A stretch of 64,000 nt of DNA from Macrostomum lignano (lineage: Eukaryota), in assembly GCA_002269645.1 (NCBI GenBank), contig NIVC01000102.1:577950-641949 (forward strand), read 5' to 3'. The notes below the pieces were generated by a model that did not search any database, had not been told where the DNA came from, and saw only the letters and a list, made by a program, of their open reading frames with translations. Each line of letters opens with the position of its first letter. Within the stretch, counting starts at the first letter, position 1. This document shows positions 22,636-35,690 of this stretch, one piece after another. The position numbers and the translations under genes are program-made.

Positions 22636-23730
22636 ACCCTCTTAGGAGCTGCTACAGCACACCTGTACCCTCCCAGGAACCCCAAAGCACACCTGTACCC
22701 TTCCAGGAACCGTAATAGCACACCTGTACCCTCCCAGGAACCCCAAAGCACACCTGTACCCTTCCAGGAACCCCATAGCACACCTGTACCCTCCCAGGAA
22801 CCCCAAAGCACACCTGTACCCTTCCAGGAACCCCATAGCACACCTGTACCCTCCCAGGAACCGTCATAGCACACCTGTACCCTCCCAGGAACCCCATAGC
22901 ACACCTGTACCCTCCCAGGAACCCCATAGCACACCTGTACCCTCCCAGGAACCCCAAAGCACACCTGTACCCTTCCAGGAACCTCATAGCACACCTGTAC
23001 CCTCCCAGGAACCCCATAGCACACCTGTACCCTCCCAGGAACCGTCATAGCAAACCTGTACCCTCCCAGGAACCCCATAGCACACGTGTACCCTTCCAGG
23101 AACCCCATAGCACACCTGTACCCTTCCAGGAACCTCATAGCACACCTGTACCTTCCCAGGAACCCCATAGCACACCTGTACCCTCCTAAAAACCCCATAG
23201 CACACCTGTACCCTCCTAAAAACACCATAGCACACCTGTACCTTTCCACGAACAGGCATAGCTCACCTGTACCCTCCCAGGAACCTCATAGCACACCTGT
23301 ACCTTCCCAGGAACCCCATAGCACACCTGTACCCTCCTAAAAACCCCATAGCACACCTGTACCCTCCTAAAAACACCATAGCACACCTGTACCCTCCTAA
23401 AAACACCTGTACCCTCCCAGGAACCCCAAAGCACACATGTACCCTTCCAGGAACCGTAATAGCACACCTGTACCCTCCCAGGAACCCCATAGCACACCTA
23501 TACCCTCCCAGGAACCCCAAAGCAAACCTGTACCCTCCCAGGAACCTCATAGCACACCTGTACCTTCCCAGGAACCCCATAGCACACCTGTACCCTCCTA
23601 AAAACCCCATAGCACACCTGTACCCTCCTAAAAACACCATAGCACACCTGTACCTTTCCACGAACAGGCATAGCTCACCTGTACCCTCCCAGGAACCCCA
23701 TAGCACACCTGTACTCTCCCAGGAACCCCA
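22636..23730. repeat. 30-bp minisatellite GCACACCTGTACCCTCCCAGGAACCCCATA
   Basis: About 36 copies with point variants. Confidence 0.95.
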
Positions 23731-24829
23731 GGATTTTATGCTTGTCTTCATCATGATTCCCTGGACTCACCCATCAAATGAAATCGCAGCTCAACATTTC
23801 TGGCAATAGTCATAATTAACTTTGAATTGCTAGGATTTCCGCTATCGCCCTGCAGTTTTATAGACCGATAGCTCAACAAAACAGTTAAAGAGCTGAGCCA
23901 ATTCAATTCAATTGAAGAAAAAAACATTTCCACAGAATAATAAACCTAAGCCCACACAGAATATCCATCCCATCTAACTCGATTGAGAACCCGCATCCCA
24001 ACCTTGTCCGACAGCTCAAACTGATTGCAAAATACCCAGCGGTTTGGTGAACTGCGACAAAAAACGACTTCAATAGCAAAATGAGTCATAAACCAAAACA
24101 ACAATTATTAATAATATTTTTCAGTTCCAGACAAGTTGAGACAGGAAATACGCAGACAGGATGTGCAGTCCAGCGCACAATGCAGTTAGTTGTGTTACGT
24201 TCTAGAAAGCAGACCAGCTACGCACAATTTCAAGTCTTCTTATTCTAATTTTTTATCACCTGAACTTGCAATCAAAGCTTTATACTTTTCTTTTTATAAC
24301 TTCTTTTGCGCAGACCAGTTTTGACGTTTCGCGAATGAAGTTTGTAGTCTGAAAGTAAGATGATTCTTCTTTATAGAGACTGCATGAAATCTGTATAATT
24401 TGTAGAACGAGTTTTTTGGCGGTTGAATGAACCGCTGCACATCAACACAGAACACTATTTTATAGTTAAATGTATATAGTGATTGGAGTGGGTGAGTGAA
24501 TGCCCACATACCGTCGCCACAACAATGGGTTCTGTCCAAAGTTGAGTTTTTTTATGTCTATGGATCTCGCAAAACTGAAAATGACTCATGTTTAGCTGAC
24601 CTATAAATACGAGCAGGATCTATTCTTGTTGATGAAATAAAACCTCAGTATGATAATTAATCACTGCTTTTTGTGTCTTTGTTCAACATTCGCCATTCAA
24701 TTTCAATTTAATTCAATTCACCATGCATTTGGTTTCGTAATCAAAATTACTGAGTGTGTTTGAAGCTTTTTAAATTGTTTTTACACTGGAATTCGCGTTA
24801 GTCAATCTCTCAATTTCTTTTCCATTCTC

Positions 24830-25205
24830 CCCCATCTTTCCCTCCATGCCCCTCTCTTTCTCTCCCTCTCTTTCCCTCTCTCCCTCCCTCTATCGTTCTC
24901 TCTCTCCCCCTCTCTCTCCTTCTCTCCTTTTCTCCCTCTCTCTTTCTTTCTCTCTCCCTCTCTCTTCTTCTCTCCCTCTCACTCTCCCCCGCTCTCCTTC
25001 TCTCTCCCTCTCTCTCCTCCTCTCCCCCTCACTTCCCCTCTCCTCCTCCCTTCCCTCTCTCCCTTTCTCTCATTCTCTTCCCCTCTCTTTTTCTTTTCTC
25101 TTTCGCCCCTTCTCCCTTTCTTTGCTCTAAATCATCTTCCCAATCACTCCATACATACATCCCCCTTTTCACTCCATTACTCTGATCTCTCTCTCTCTAA
25201 ACTCT
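24830..25205. repeat. CT-rich low-complexity tract
   Basis: Polypyrimidine run on the plus strand. Confidence 0.85.
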
Positions 25206-26104
25206 CATCCATAATAGTGACGTCACAGCACTGCTAGCAAATGGAGATAAATAATGATAAATCGTGCACAATGCTCAGTCACTATTGACAAAGCTCCACT
25301 TTGACTGCCGAAGCGAAAATGATACGGCGAAAGAAAGACAAAGAATCTAAGGCTTCACACAGACGATCAATATTTTCGTCATGCTCGATTTCTTATAGGT
25401 AACCAAGGAGATTTTACAAGGCTAAAATCTGGATTGCCAAATTATTTTCGAAGGCTCGCAAAATTCTATTTGTACAGTTTGCACGCAGTGACTCATTGCA
25501 AGTAATATGATGTGTCTAATTTGTGTTTACTCACGTTTTCTATCGTCTACCGGTATGTGGGAACAGATTTCCCACATAAACGCGCAGTATCATAAGTGCG
25601 CAGTGTCTTAAGCGCTGCATAAACAGCTTTTTAGATGATTTAACTACAGATTGGAGATCTAATCATGTATCCCAAATTTTTTTACGTGTTTAGATAGTCT
25701 TTGACACTTCAGCTCGGTTTTTGTGAAAATCACCCATGCAACACCCCATTGTTCCGGAAGATCTCCTTGTACAAAACTGCATCCAGTCAAAAGCCACAAC
25801 CACGAGAGATGAACAAAAATCAGCGAATCTTCAGATCAATTAATCAACCTTCTAATTGCGAGATGCCAAGTCAGGAAGGGAATAATTTCCCTCATGCCAA
25901 TTGCCGGATCGCGACTGACTTGTCGCCCGCAGGTGTCCCGCGGGGCGATGCCGGCAATTTGATGAATTGGAGGCCATGGCTAATTAACTTCACGGCCCGC
26001 GCCACCTTTATAATGAGTTCTGAAACACTTCGAATTCAGATCACCGCCATCTTCTCTTACTTAACCCTCCTCGGTCTCAATTTCAACCTTACTGATCCTG
26101 CGTG

Positions 26105-26325
26105 TATCTCCCTCTCACTCCCTACCCTATCTCCCTCTCAGCCCTACCCTATCTCCCTCTCACTCCCTACCCTATCTCCCTCTCAGCCCTACCCTATCTC
26201 CCTCTCACCCCTACCCTATCTCCCTCTCACCCTACCCTATCTCCCTCTCAGCCGCCCTACCCTGTCTCCCTCTCACTCCCTACCCTATCTCCCTCTCACT
26301 CCCGTCCCTACCCTATCTCCCTCGC
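26105..26325. repeat. ~22-23-bp pyrimidine-rich minisatellite (TCTCCCTCTCACTCCCTACCCTA)
   Basis: Unit starts at 26107, 26130 and 26152. Confidence 0.85.
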
Positions 26326-26728
26326 CATCTCGAACCCATTGAAATGTTCGAGATCGAAATCGAAAATCCAAAACCGAAAAAATAAATCCAAAACTTCCTG
26401 TATAAATTTTTTTTTCCATTCTGGAAACTCCTGACTGACCCTAAGTGACCCTAACAGGTCCTGAATCCATTTGCAGAAGTTACTTCGAGTTCATTCAATC
26501 AATAAACTTGTCGATATTTCCTGATTAGGCTAAACTCCCAATTTCAACTCGACCACTCTAGGAAAGTGACAGAACCAATCTAGTCGCTGGTCAACTTCAT
26601 AGAACTTTTCCCTTCAAATTTGATATAAAAGAAGAATTTCAAGCTAACTTAAGCATCCGACAATGGATCGAAAGGAGTCCTGGAAAACCAGGAAAATTTT
26701 AGGAATTCATTGAAGTATAGAAAATCCT

Positions 26729-27070
26729 TGGAAGCCCTGGATTCCCTGGAAGCCCTGGATTCCCTGGAAGCCCTGGATTCCCTGGAAGCCCTGGATTCCC
26801 TGGAAGCCCTGGATTCCCTGGAAGCCCTGGATTCCCTGGAAGCCCTGGATTCCCTGGAAGCCCTGGATTCCCTGGAAGCCCTGGATTCCCTGGAAGCCCT
26901 GGATTCCCTGGAAGCCCTGGATTCCCTGGAAGCCCTGGATTCCCTGGAAGCCCTGGATTCCCTGGAAGCCCTGGATTCCCTGGAAGCCCTGGATTCCCTG
27001 GAAGCCCTGGATTCCCTGGAAGCCCTGGATTCCCTGGAAGCCCTGGATTCCCTGGAAGCCCTGGATTCCT
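26729..27070. repeat. Perfect 18-bp minisatellite GGAAGCCCTGGATTCCCT x~19; satellite copy at 27710-27785
   Basis: Direct sequence. The unit is a dimer of two related 9-mers. Confidence 0.97.
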
Positions 27071-28140
27071 TGTAAACAATGTTATCCCTGGAATCCCATG
27101 GACTCCCCGGACTGTCAGAAGACCTGGAAATCCTAAGGCATCGCTGAAAAAAACATATTTTAAAAAATCCCACTTCTAATCCTTCCTTCAGACCTATTCT
27201 TCAGACTTCAGTTTTAAAGAGTCTTCTGCACTCAAACACCGCCCCTCCCCCGAGGTTCTTTCGTGGAGTACAATTGGCTATAAGTATCTTAGGTACTTGA
27301 TTGAACCCTTGAAATTTCGTCCTATTTCCAGCATTGTTTGGTCAAATACTGAACTCTGCAGTATCACTACACGCGGATGAAATTACTCATAAAAAGAGAC
27401 GGAGTTGAAGTGAAAAAAAACATAATTTCGATAATTTCATGCAGAAGAGTTTCGGATTTATAGAAAAAGCCTGCCTAAAATGGGAATTCGGCATCTGCCA
27501 GCGTGCATGCTCCACTGGTGAATAACCGAAAACATGAAATTTAAATAAGCTACCGCATGTCAATTAGCCTTACAGCACGTGACTGAAGGACTGACAGAAA
27601 AAAACATCGAATTCTTTCTTTCAAGTTTTTTTCACGGATCTGCTTGACAGAGACTCTTCAAGGGTACTTCGATCTGTTTCAATCATTTAGACCCTGCTGA
27701 CTGTGTTCCAGATTCCCTGGAAGCTGTGGATTCCCTGGAAGCCCTGGATTCCCTGGAAGCCCTGGATTCCCTGGAAGCCCTGGAGAGGGGCCCAATAGTT
27801 TCAACCGGTGTATTTATTACTCAACATCTTATACGATTTAGTTTAGAAGTTTTAGTTATATAACACATGCTACACAGGTAGTTAGCCATAAAAGGGACGG
27901 ACACAAGTGCTTCCTTCCACTTGGCTGATCCAGGGATATTAGCCGTAGCTATTTTAGATCGATGTCTCTTCAACCGTGGGGGGGGGGGGCTTGAGGTTTC
28001 GAATCACTGGACTGGAACTGCTCAACAAAATCGAAGCCTGCACGAGTATCTACCGATAGCTTATACCATATTTTCTTGTCCGGCAGGTAGGTATTTACCA
28101 AGGACGACTAAAAAAGACTCGAAAATATAGCCACTTCTAA

Positions 28141-30544
28141 ACAGCAAATGTTTAAAGTCCTACATGTATGTGGATTTTTGGATGGGTTCAGTTTCATAAG
28201 ACCTAAATTATCTTAGGCATCTTCAATGAAAATCTTAATTTCCTTCAACGGCAAAAAGTATTAGTGTTAAAATGAAAGAATTTTTAGGCGATATGAAGTT
28301 TAGTTTTTATGCAGTTTAGTTCTTATGAAGATTAGGTCTCATGTAGTTTAGGTCTCATATAGTTTAGGTCTTATAAATTTTAGGTCTCGGGTCTCATGAC
28401 GTCTAGGTCTCATTTAGTTTAGGTCTTATGAAGTTTAGGCCTCGTATAGTTCAGATCTTATGAAGCTTTGGTCTCGTGTCTTTTAAAGTTTATGTCTCAT
28501 GTAGTTTAGGTTCTATGAAGTTTAAGTCTTATGAAATTTAGGTCTTATGAAGTTTAGGTCTCATGTAGTTTAGGTCTTATGAAGTTTAGGTCTCATGTAG
28601 TTTAGGGCTTATGAAGTTTAGGTCTCATGTAGTTTAGGTCTCATGTAGTTTAGGTCTTATGAAGTTTAGGTCTCATGTAGTTTAGGGCTTATGAAGTTTA
28701 GGTCTCATGTAGTTTAGGTCTCATGTAGTTTAGGTCTTATGAAGTTTAGGTCTCATGAAGTTTAGGGCTTATGAAGTTTAGGTCTCATGTAGTTTAGGTC
28801 TTATGAAGTTTAGGTCTCATGTAGTTTAGGGCTTATGAAGTTTAGGTCTCATGTAGTTTAGGTCTCATGTAGTTTAGGTCTTATGAAGTTTATGTCTCAT
28901 TTAGTCTAGGTCTTATGAAGTTTAGGACCTATAATGTTTAAGTACTATGAAGTTTAGGACTTATAAAAGTGGGTGCTTAAATCTATTATGCATGTGAAAT
29001 TTAGGCGAAAAGCTACCTGGATTCCATGTAACAATGTTCTTTGTTCTTCATTTTTACCATGGGAAAATCCAATTAAAAGGTTCTTTGTGACATTTGATTA
29101 AAGTACATCGAGCTGTCAATATCGCTCCTGAAAAACCGGTTTCCATCGAAATTTGCTGGGACTCCTCCGGACTTCCCTGACTGATTGCTACTTGAGAAGT
29201 TTCTCTCCCAAAATTGCATGAGATCTTTTGTGATTTTTTTTGTTCTCTTTTTTCAATGCTCTTTCTAGAAGAAAATTAATCTCCCTGAACTGCCGCCCTC
29301 GGCCACGAATCCCTCTGGCCCACTTTTAATCAAGTGAGAATTCGATATGGGAGAGGCTGAAGATGAAAACCGAGTGATGAAGAATCGGAACGGACTATTC
29401 CACAGGTCGGATCGAAGGCAATAAAAACCTTCGAGAAAATTTGAAGAGAATAAATTTCCAGACGCTCGTGACAGCAAATGTTTAAAGTCCTACATGTATG
29501 TGGATTTTTGGATGGGTTCAGTTTCATAAGACCTAAATTATCTTAGGCATCTTCAATGAAAATCTTAATTTCCTTCAACGGCAAAAAGTATTAGTGTTAA
29601 AATGAAAGAATTTTTAGGCGATATGAAGTTTAGTTTTTATGCAGTTTAGTTCTTATGAAGATTAGGTCTCATGTAGTTTAGGTCTCATATAGTTTAGGTC
29701 TTATAAATTTTAGGTCTCGGGTCTCATGACGTCTAGGTCTCATTTAGTTTAGGTCTTATGAAGTTTAGGCCTCGTATAGTTCAGATCTTATGAAGCTTTG
29801 GTCTCGTGTCTTTTAAAGTTTATGTCTCATGTAGTTTAGGTTCTATGAAGTTTAAGTCTTATGAAATTTAGGTCTTATGAAGTTTAGGTCTCATGAAGTT
29901 TAGGGCTTATGAAGTTTAGGTCTCATGTAGTTTAGGTCTCATGTAGTTTAGGTCTTATGAAGTTTATGTCTCATTTAGTCTAGGTCTTATGAAGTTTAGG
30001 ACCTATAATGTTTAAGTACTATGAAGTTTAGGACTTATAAAAGTGGGTGCTTAAATCTATTATGCATGTGAAATTTAGGCGAAAAGCTACCTGGATTCCA
30101 TGTAACAATGTTCTTTGTTCTTCATTTTTACCATGGGAAAATCCAATTAAAAGGTTCTTTGTGACATTTGATTAAAGTACATCGAGCTGTCAATATCGCT
30201 CCTGAAAAACCGGTTTCCATCGAAATTTGCTGGGACTCCTCCGGACTTCCCTGACTGATTGCTACTTGAGAAGTTTCTCTCCCAAAATTGCATGAGATCT
30301 TTTGTGATTTTTTTTGTTCTCTTTTTTCAATGCTCTTTCTAGAAGAAAATTAATCTCCCTGAACTGCCGCCCTCGGCCACGAATCCCTCTGGCCCACTTT
30401 TAATCAAGTGAGAATTCGATATGGGAGAGGCTGAAGATGAAAACCGAGTGATGAAGAATCGGAACGGACTATTCCACAGGTCGGATCGAAGGCAATAAAA
30501 ACCTTCGAGAAAATTTGAAGAGAATAAATTTCCAGACGCTCGTG
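28141..30544. repeat. Tandem duplication: copy A 28141-29470, copy B 29471-30544
   Basis: Both copies start ACAGCAAATGTTTAAAGTCC and end CCAGACGCTCGTG. They appear identical except for the length of the internal 16-bp array. Confidence 0.95.
28330..28965. repeat. 16-bp minisatellite GTCTTATGAAGTTTAG / GTCTCATGTAGTTTAG (shorter copy at 29660-30040)
   Basis: Two alternating monomer types. Confidence 0.92.
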
Positions 30545-30744
30545 ACGCATTTCTAGAAATTCCTTTTCTGAAATTCTTTGCACTGACTCAGCTGCACCGG
30601 TAAAAGTGCATTTCGAGTTTTTCATCTTGGATTGGGGTTTGGTTCGATATCATTGATGTGTTTAAACACCCGGGCGCTTTTTAATCTTTGAATCCCGTTA
30701 GCGCTTGGGCGACGTCGCCAATTGAATATTTGGCGACGTGCTAA

Positions 30745-31176
30745 CCAGCACCAGGGGGCGCCAGCACCAAGGGGCGCCAGCACCAAGGGGCGCCAGCACC
30801 AAGGGGCGCCAGCACCAAGGGGCGCCAGCACCAAGGGGCGCCAGCACCAAGGGGCGCCAGCACCAAGGGGCGCCAGCACCAAGGGGCGCCAGCACCAAGG
30901 GGCGCCAGCACCAAGGGGCGCCAGCACCAAGGGGCGCCAGCACCAAGGGGCGCCAGCACCAAGGGGCGCCAGCACCAAGGGGCGCCAGCACCAAGGGGCG
31001 CCAGCACCAAGGGGCGCCAGCACCAAGGGGCGCCAGCACCAAGGGGCGCCAGCACCAAGGGGCGCCAGCACCAAGGGGCGCCAGCACCAAGGGGCGCCAG
31101 CACCAAGGGGCGCCAGCACCAAGGGGCGCCAGCACCAAGGGGCGCCAGCACCAAGGGGCGCCAGCACCAAGGGGCG
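30745..31176. repeat. Near-perfect 16-bp minisatellite CCAGCACCAAGGGGCG x~27
   Basis: Period of 16 (30781, 30797). Confidence 0.97.
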
Positions 31177-33192
31177 ACGCAGCCCCTTTCCTGGTTACGC
31201 CACTTCCTTGAGTTGCGTGAACTATTTAATGGGCGCCTGTTGTCCTAAAACCTAGACACTTTCGATTAAATGATTTATGAGTTATAAAACTATGCCTTTA
31301 TCAATGTATCTTGTTAGCTGAACAAACGTTCTCAAGCCAAGATGATAACTCCAGAAAAAAGTTACAAACAAGTTGGCAGAATAAAAAACCGACACACACA
31401 GACACGACATGGAACGGGACTTAATCGATTGGAAACCTTCCAGTGACAGACGCAGGGGCTGCGGGTGCAGATAAAATTAGCATCTGGCAAGCAGCCGCCG
31501 GCAAACACTATACAAGCCATGAATGAGCGCGCCCGAAAGCTCCGAAGTTTCCAATTCTACTTGTTCCTCACGTCGGGTTCTCCTGCCCCGGCCCCCGGCC
31601 CTTCTATTGCCCCGAGAAAGGCCCCCGTCCATCCTAAGGCCATCCACCAACGACTTTCTTTGACTTCATTTTGTCCCAAGCAAGGGGGAGGGAGGGGAAG
31701 GGCAAGGATTGCCCCGAAATTGCCCTGAGGGCTATCGCTTGGCGGGGGGTTCCGTTCAAAGCCGGACAAATTGCCCGCTGAGCTGCACAGAGCTGGGGCA
31801 TTGGGCATGAACGCACGCAATATGGAAAGAACGAAGCAAGCGCTTTTGAAGCCATCATAGGGTCAGTGTTTTTTTTTAAAGTGAATATCAAACGACCTGA
31901 ATTTTTAGCTCTGGCAATCGGATAGAAAAAATGCTCCCTATCCAAGCTTAATTCAAGACGCAACCAACTCGTGGATATGAATAAGAAGAGTCAGAAATGC
32001 AGAAGACATGCAGTTCGTTTGAAGTCTCGCATGCGTTGACGTGGACAATGGACACAGGGGGGGGGGGGTTTACACTTTTGCTTGGGGTGTATGTGTGGGT
32101 AGAAATAGCAAACTTCTGATTAATTGCTTGCCTGTTCATTCCTATTTTTTGGTATTTCTTTAAGGCCAACCTGGGGCACAGGGGTACATGCATAGAAGTA
32201 GTGCGAAACGGCTGCTGCTGCTGCTGCTGCTGCAACGAGCGAAGACCTTTGAAGTTTAGAAGTCAGCTGCTCCATTTGGCAGCATCCGTTTATAAACCAG
32301 CAATGGGGCCAACACTAACAGAGCGCTGGAGCTGGAGGAACGGATTCCGACATTGCGGAAGGGCAACTCGGCTTATACGTACGCCAAGTCTAAGACGAAA
32401 ATGCAGAGATAAAAAAAGAGAGCGAAAGAGAGACATCACCAGCGGATCGTGAAGACAGGACAGGGTTGAGGTGAGGGAGAGGCAGTCTGCGAAGAAACGC
32501 AGGCACATACACATGCATGTATTGCCTTTGCAATGACAATATACAAGTTGACATTATACACTTTCCACTGGCTGGGGGCGGCTCCGTGGTAAGCGCCGCT
32601 CGTTTCAAGCAGTGGTTCTTGTGTATACATAAACACACCACAGAGAATGCAGCGAGGCCAGTGGGAGGGTTTAGCAGATATCGCTCGCATAACTGTCGAG
32701 CTTGTCAGTTAATTATACCCGACTGAATTCCTGGGTGACTTGAAAACCTGAACAGCATCTTGGCTTTGGAAATAATTTGTCAATTGAACCTCTGTCTTCA
32801 TTCTCAGTCAGTCAATAGAATATTCTTCAGAAATTGCACCAGCCACCAGGGAAATCAGTTTAGAAAGGTTGCGCTTTGTGGCCCATAGGCTAAGAAATTC
32901 CCTTGGGAAATCTCCGTTTAATTCTTGCAAGCTACCAGCCAAAAAATTGCATCAAGCTTATTGTACACTTCAAGCCGAACTTCGTGAACGAATTTTTCTT
33001 TTGAAAAGCTAAAATAAAATAAGTCTAGGCGGAACCACTTTGCAAAAAGCAAAATAAAGCAAAAAAATCGATTATGATTTACAATTTCACTCGTGCAAAC
33101 CTTCATCGTTGACAGCATAAAAAATTCAATGTCCTTCGACGTACACGCAACCCCTACAGTACACGTGTGCTTGCAATTTTCGCACCGACAGT

Positions 33193-34290
33193 CTAAATTA
33201 CCAACACCTCGTCGCCAACAGCCACATCTCCTGGCAGCTCAACGAAACCGTTGACGCCAAACACCGGGCTGAACTTCTTGAACGCGCCGTCCTTGCGATA
33301 CTCGGCTAGTGTCTTCAGCGGCTCGCCATCGGTGCGCAGCTGTCGACGCTCGTCGCCCGGACTGGCGTAGTCCACGGTGGTGATGCCGCACCGGGTGCAC
33401 GGGGTCAGCACGGCCAGAGCGCAGCCGCTCGATGGGAAGAACACGAAAGACCAGACTTCCTCCTCGCGGTCCTGGATGGGTCCGTCGATGACCAGGTTGG
33501 CTCGAAAGTTGCAGTGACCAACAGGTGGACGGCCTTTGTCGGCGAGACGCTGATTCAGGGCAGTCAGCGCCGGCTCTGTTGCCAACAGCAGCGGCGCGGT
33601 GTTGGCGTAGGCAATCCGGCTGTCCCCGCTTGACGGCATGTCGCAGCCGTCGAACGTCTTCGACGCGATGCCAAGACGTTGGCATTCGCGCAGTTCGGTC
33701 AGTGTCGTTCGAAGCTCCTGGTGGCAGTACACCAGTATGGCGTCGTTTCTACCACAGACTGCCCGCAGCCAGGAGTTCGTGTCCTTGTCGCACACCTTCC
33801 CGTAGGCCATCTCGCCGAACATGTCGAATTTCTCCACGCCGGAGGTGCGCGAGTCCTTGGCACCGATGCGCACTGTCACAGAGTTTGAAACGTTCAACTT
33901 CTCAGCGTCTGCAGACTCGGACAGGCTCAGGCGAATTCTAGTGGGACTCGAACGGTCCAGCACGGGCTGAATTAGCGACAGCCTCGGACAGGCCTTCAAC
34001 GCCAGGAGCTTCCTGTTAGTGACGCTCACAACGGCAAAGCTCCTATCGAGAACGCCGTCGGGACTGACCAGGCCGGACTCGGTGACGCGAGCGCTGGTCA
34101 CGCGGACCGGCAGGCAGGACTTCACCGGGTACAACAGCACGGCGGACACGGTGCCAGCACGGCGACGGTTGCGGCTGCGGCGTGAGGCGACGAACATCTG
34201 CAGCAGCATGCGGCCGACGAGGAACAAGGCGAGTGCCGAAGCTGCGGTCGCCCCGGAACTCGGGTCGCCTGCTGCCGATGCTGGGGACAT
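33193..34290 (-). CDS. MTARC: MOSC-domain protein, mARC-like (365 aa, intronless)
   Basis: N-terminal hydrophobic anchor, MOSC_N motifs LLYPVKSC and LDRSFAVV, and MOSC core NFRANLVIDG, TPCTRCGITTVD, EPLKTLAEYR, PVFGVNG, GDVAVGDEV. Confidence 0.9.
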   Translation of the reverse strand: MSPASAAGDPSSGATAASALALFLVGRMLLQMFVASRRSRNRRRAGTVSAVLLYPVKSCLPVRVTSARVTESGLVSPDGVLDRSFAVVSVTNRKLLALKACPRLSLIQPVLDRSSPTRIRLSLSESADAEKLNVSNSVTVRIGAKDSRTSGVEKFDMFGEMAYGKVCDKDTNSWLRAVCGRNDAILVYCHQELRTTLTELRECQRLGIASKTFDGCDMPSSGDSRIAYANTAPLLLATEPALTALNQRLADKGRPPVGHCNFRANLVIDGPIQDREEEVWSFVFFPSSGCALAVLTPCTRCGITTVDYASPGDERRQLRTDGEPLKTLAEYRKDGAFKKFSPVFGVNGFVELPGDVAVGDEVLVI

Positions 34291-35216
34291 TTTCGGTCGG
34301 TTTTTCAGAGACAAACAGCTTGGCGAAACCAATAGCAGAGCAAGTTGTACAATTGCATTCCAATTTCTGCGCTTTTGATTTAATCAACAACGACGCACAG
34401 AGGAGTGGTTTAGCTAAATGTACAAACTCCACAATGCCCCTATTTACTGAACCAACTGTACAAGATAAGAATCCACGACAGAGAGGCGTGAGGTTCGCGC
34501 AGCTACGAGCGTACAATCTACAATTTGTAGGTGCCTTGAAAAGAATAAGTACATTTGTGTGGTCACTGAGCCCCAGAGTTAGCTGAAGTGTACACGCTCA
34601 GTTAAAAGTGCACCGATTTCAAATCTCTCAGCCAGACACTGCTAGAGATCTGAAACAATAAATGATGCATTTGCGGACGGTTAAGACATCGAGGACAGCT
34701 GCACAATGACTTGGGCTCTATTTTTAACAGGGAATTTCGACGTCTCCTATGCTCAAATTGAACACAATCTTCCTGTGCGGTTCAAGCTGAGTCATAAGAC
34801 TCCCAGATAAACTTCTCCTGGTGTGCAAACAAGCCCACTGCGTGTCTTTGCCACTTTTTGGTCTGAAAATTGACTGGAATTGAAAGCTTTTACCATGCTG
34901 CTCAGATTAACAGCGGCACTGGGGATTTCGGATTAGTCAGGCGTTAATCCGGGCCCCTGGTTCGCCTGGAGGGGGGAGATTTTTTTGCACTTGAGTCAAC
35001 AAATCCGCGAACGGTGTACCAAGCTGTCAATCTACTCAGGAAATGAGCGAGTCGGGCAGGTAGTCAGGCTGAGGTAAGAAGGTCTTAAGGGCTCAGCCGC
35101 TGTTTTCTGGGAGCTGAAAAAGCACAGAAATTAATTAGTGCTATATTGTGTATTACGATAAATATTAGGCAGGTATTTTATAACTTATACAAAGCAGTGC
35201 TTTCATTTCTGTAATG

Positions 35217-35690
35217 TCAAGGCTCAAATGGGGAATCGCTGAGATGTCTATGCTCATTGGGAGAATTGCTGAGATGTCTATGCTCATGGGAGGAATCGCT
35301 GAGATGTCTATGCTCATGGGAGGAATCGCTGAGATGTCTATGCTCAATGGAAGATTGCTGAGATGTCTATGCTCATGGGAGGAATCGCTGAGATGTCTAT
35401 GCTCAATGGAAGATTGCTGAGATGTCTATGCTCATGGGAGGAATCGCTGAGATGTCTATGCTCATGGGAGGAATCGCTGAGATGTCTATGCTCATGGGAG
35501 GAATCGCTGAGATGTCTATGCTCATGGGAGGAATCGCTGAGATGTCTATGCTCATGGGAGGAATCGCTGAGATGTCTATGCTCATGGGAGGAATCGCTGA
35601 GATGTCTATGCTCATGGGAGGAATCGCTGAGATGTCTATGCTCATGGGAAGAATTGCTGAGATATCACGGCTCATGTGGAGCTGCTTAAA
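35217..35690. repeat. 30-bp minisatellite GCTGAGATGTCTATGCTCATGGGAGGAATC
   Basis: About 15 copies, some of them 29-bp variants. Confidence 0.95.

Noticed and set aside
24470-24570. Penelope-like RT motif (NPLLWRRYVG, minus strand)
   Set aside because: The catalytic DD is absent, the frame is short and bounded by stops, and no other RT motifs are nearby.
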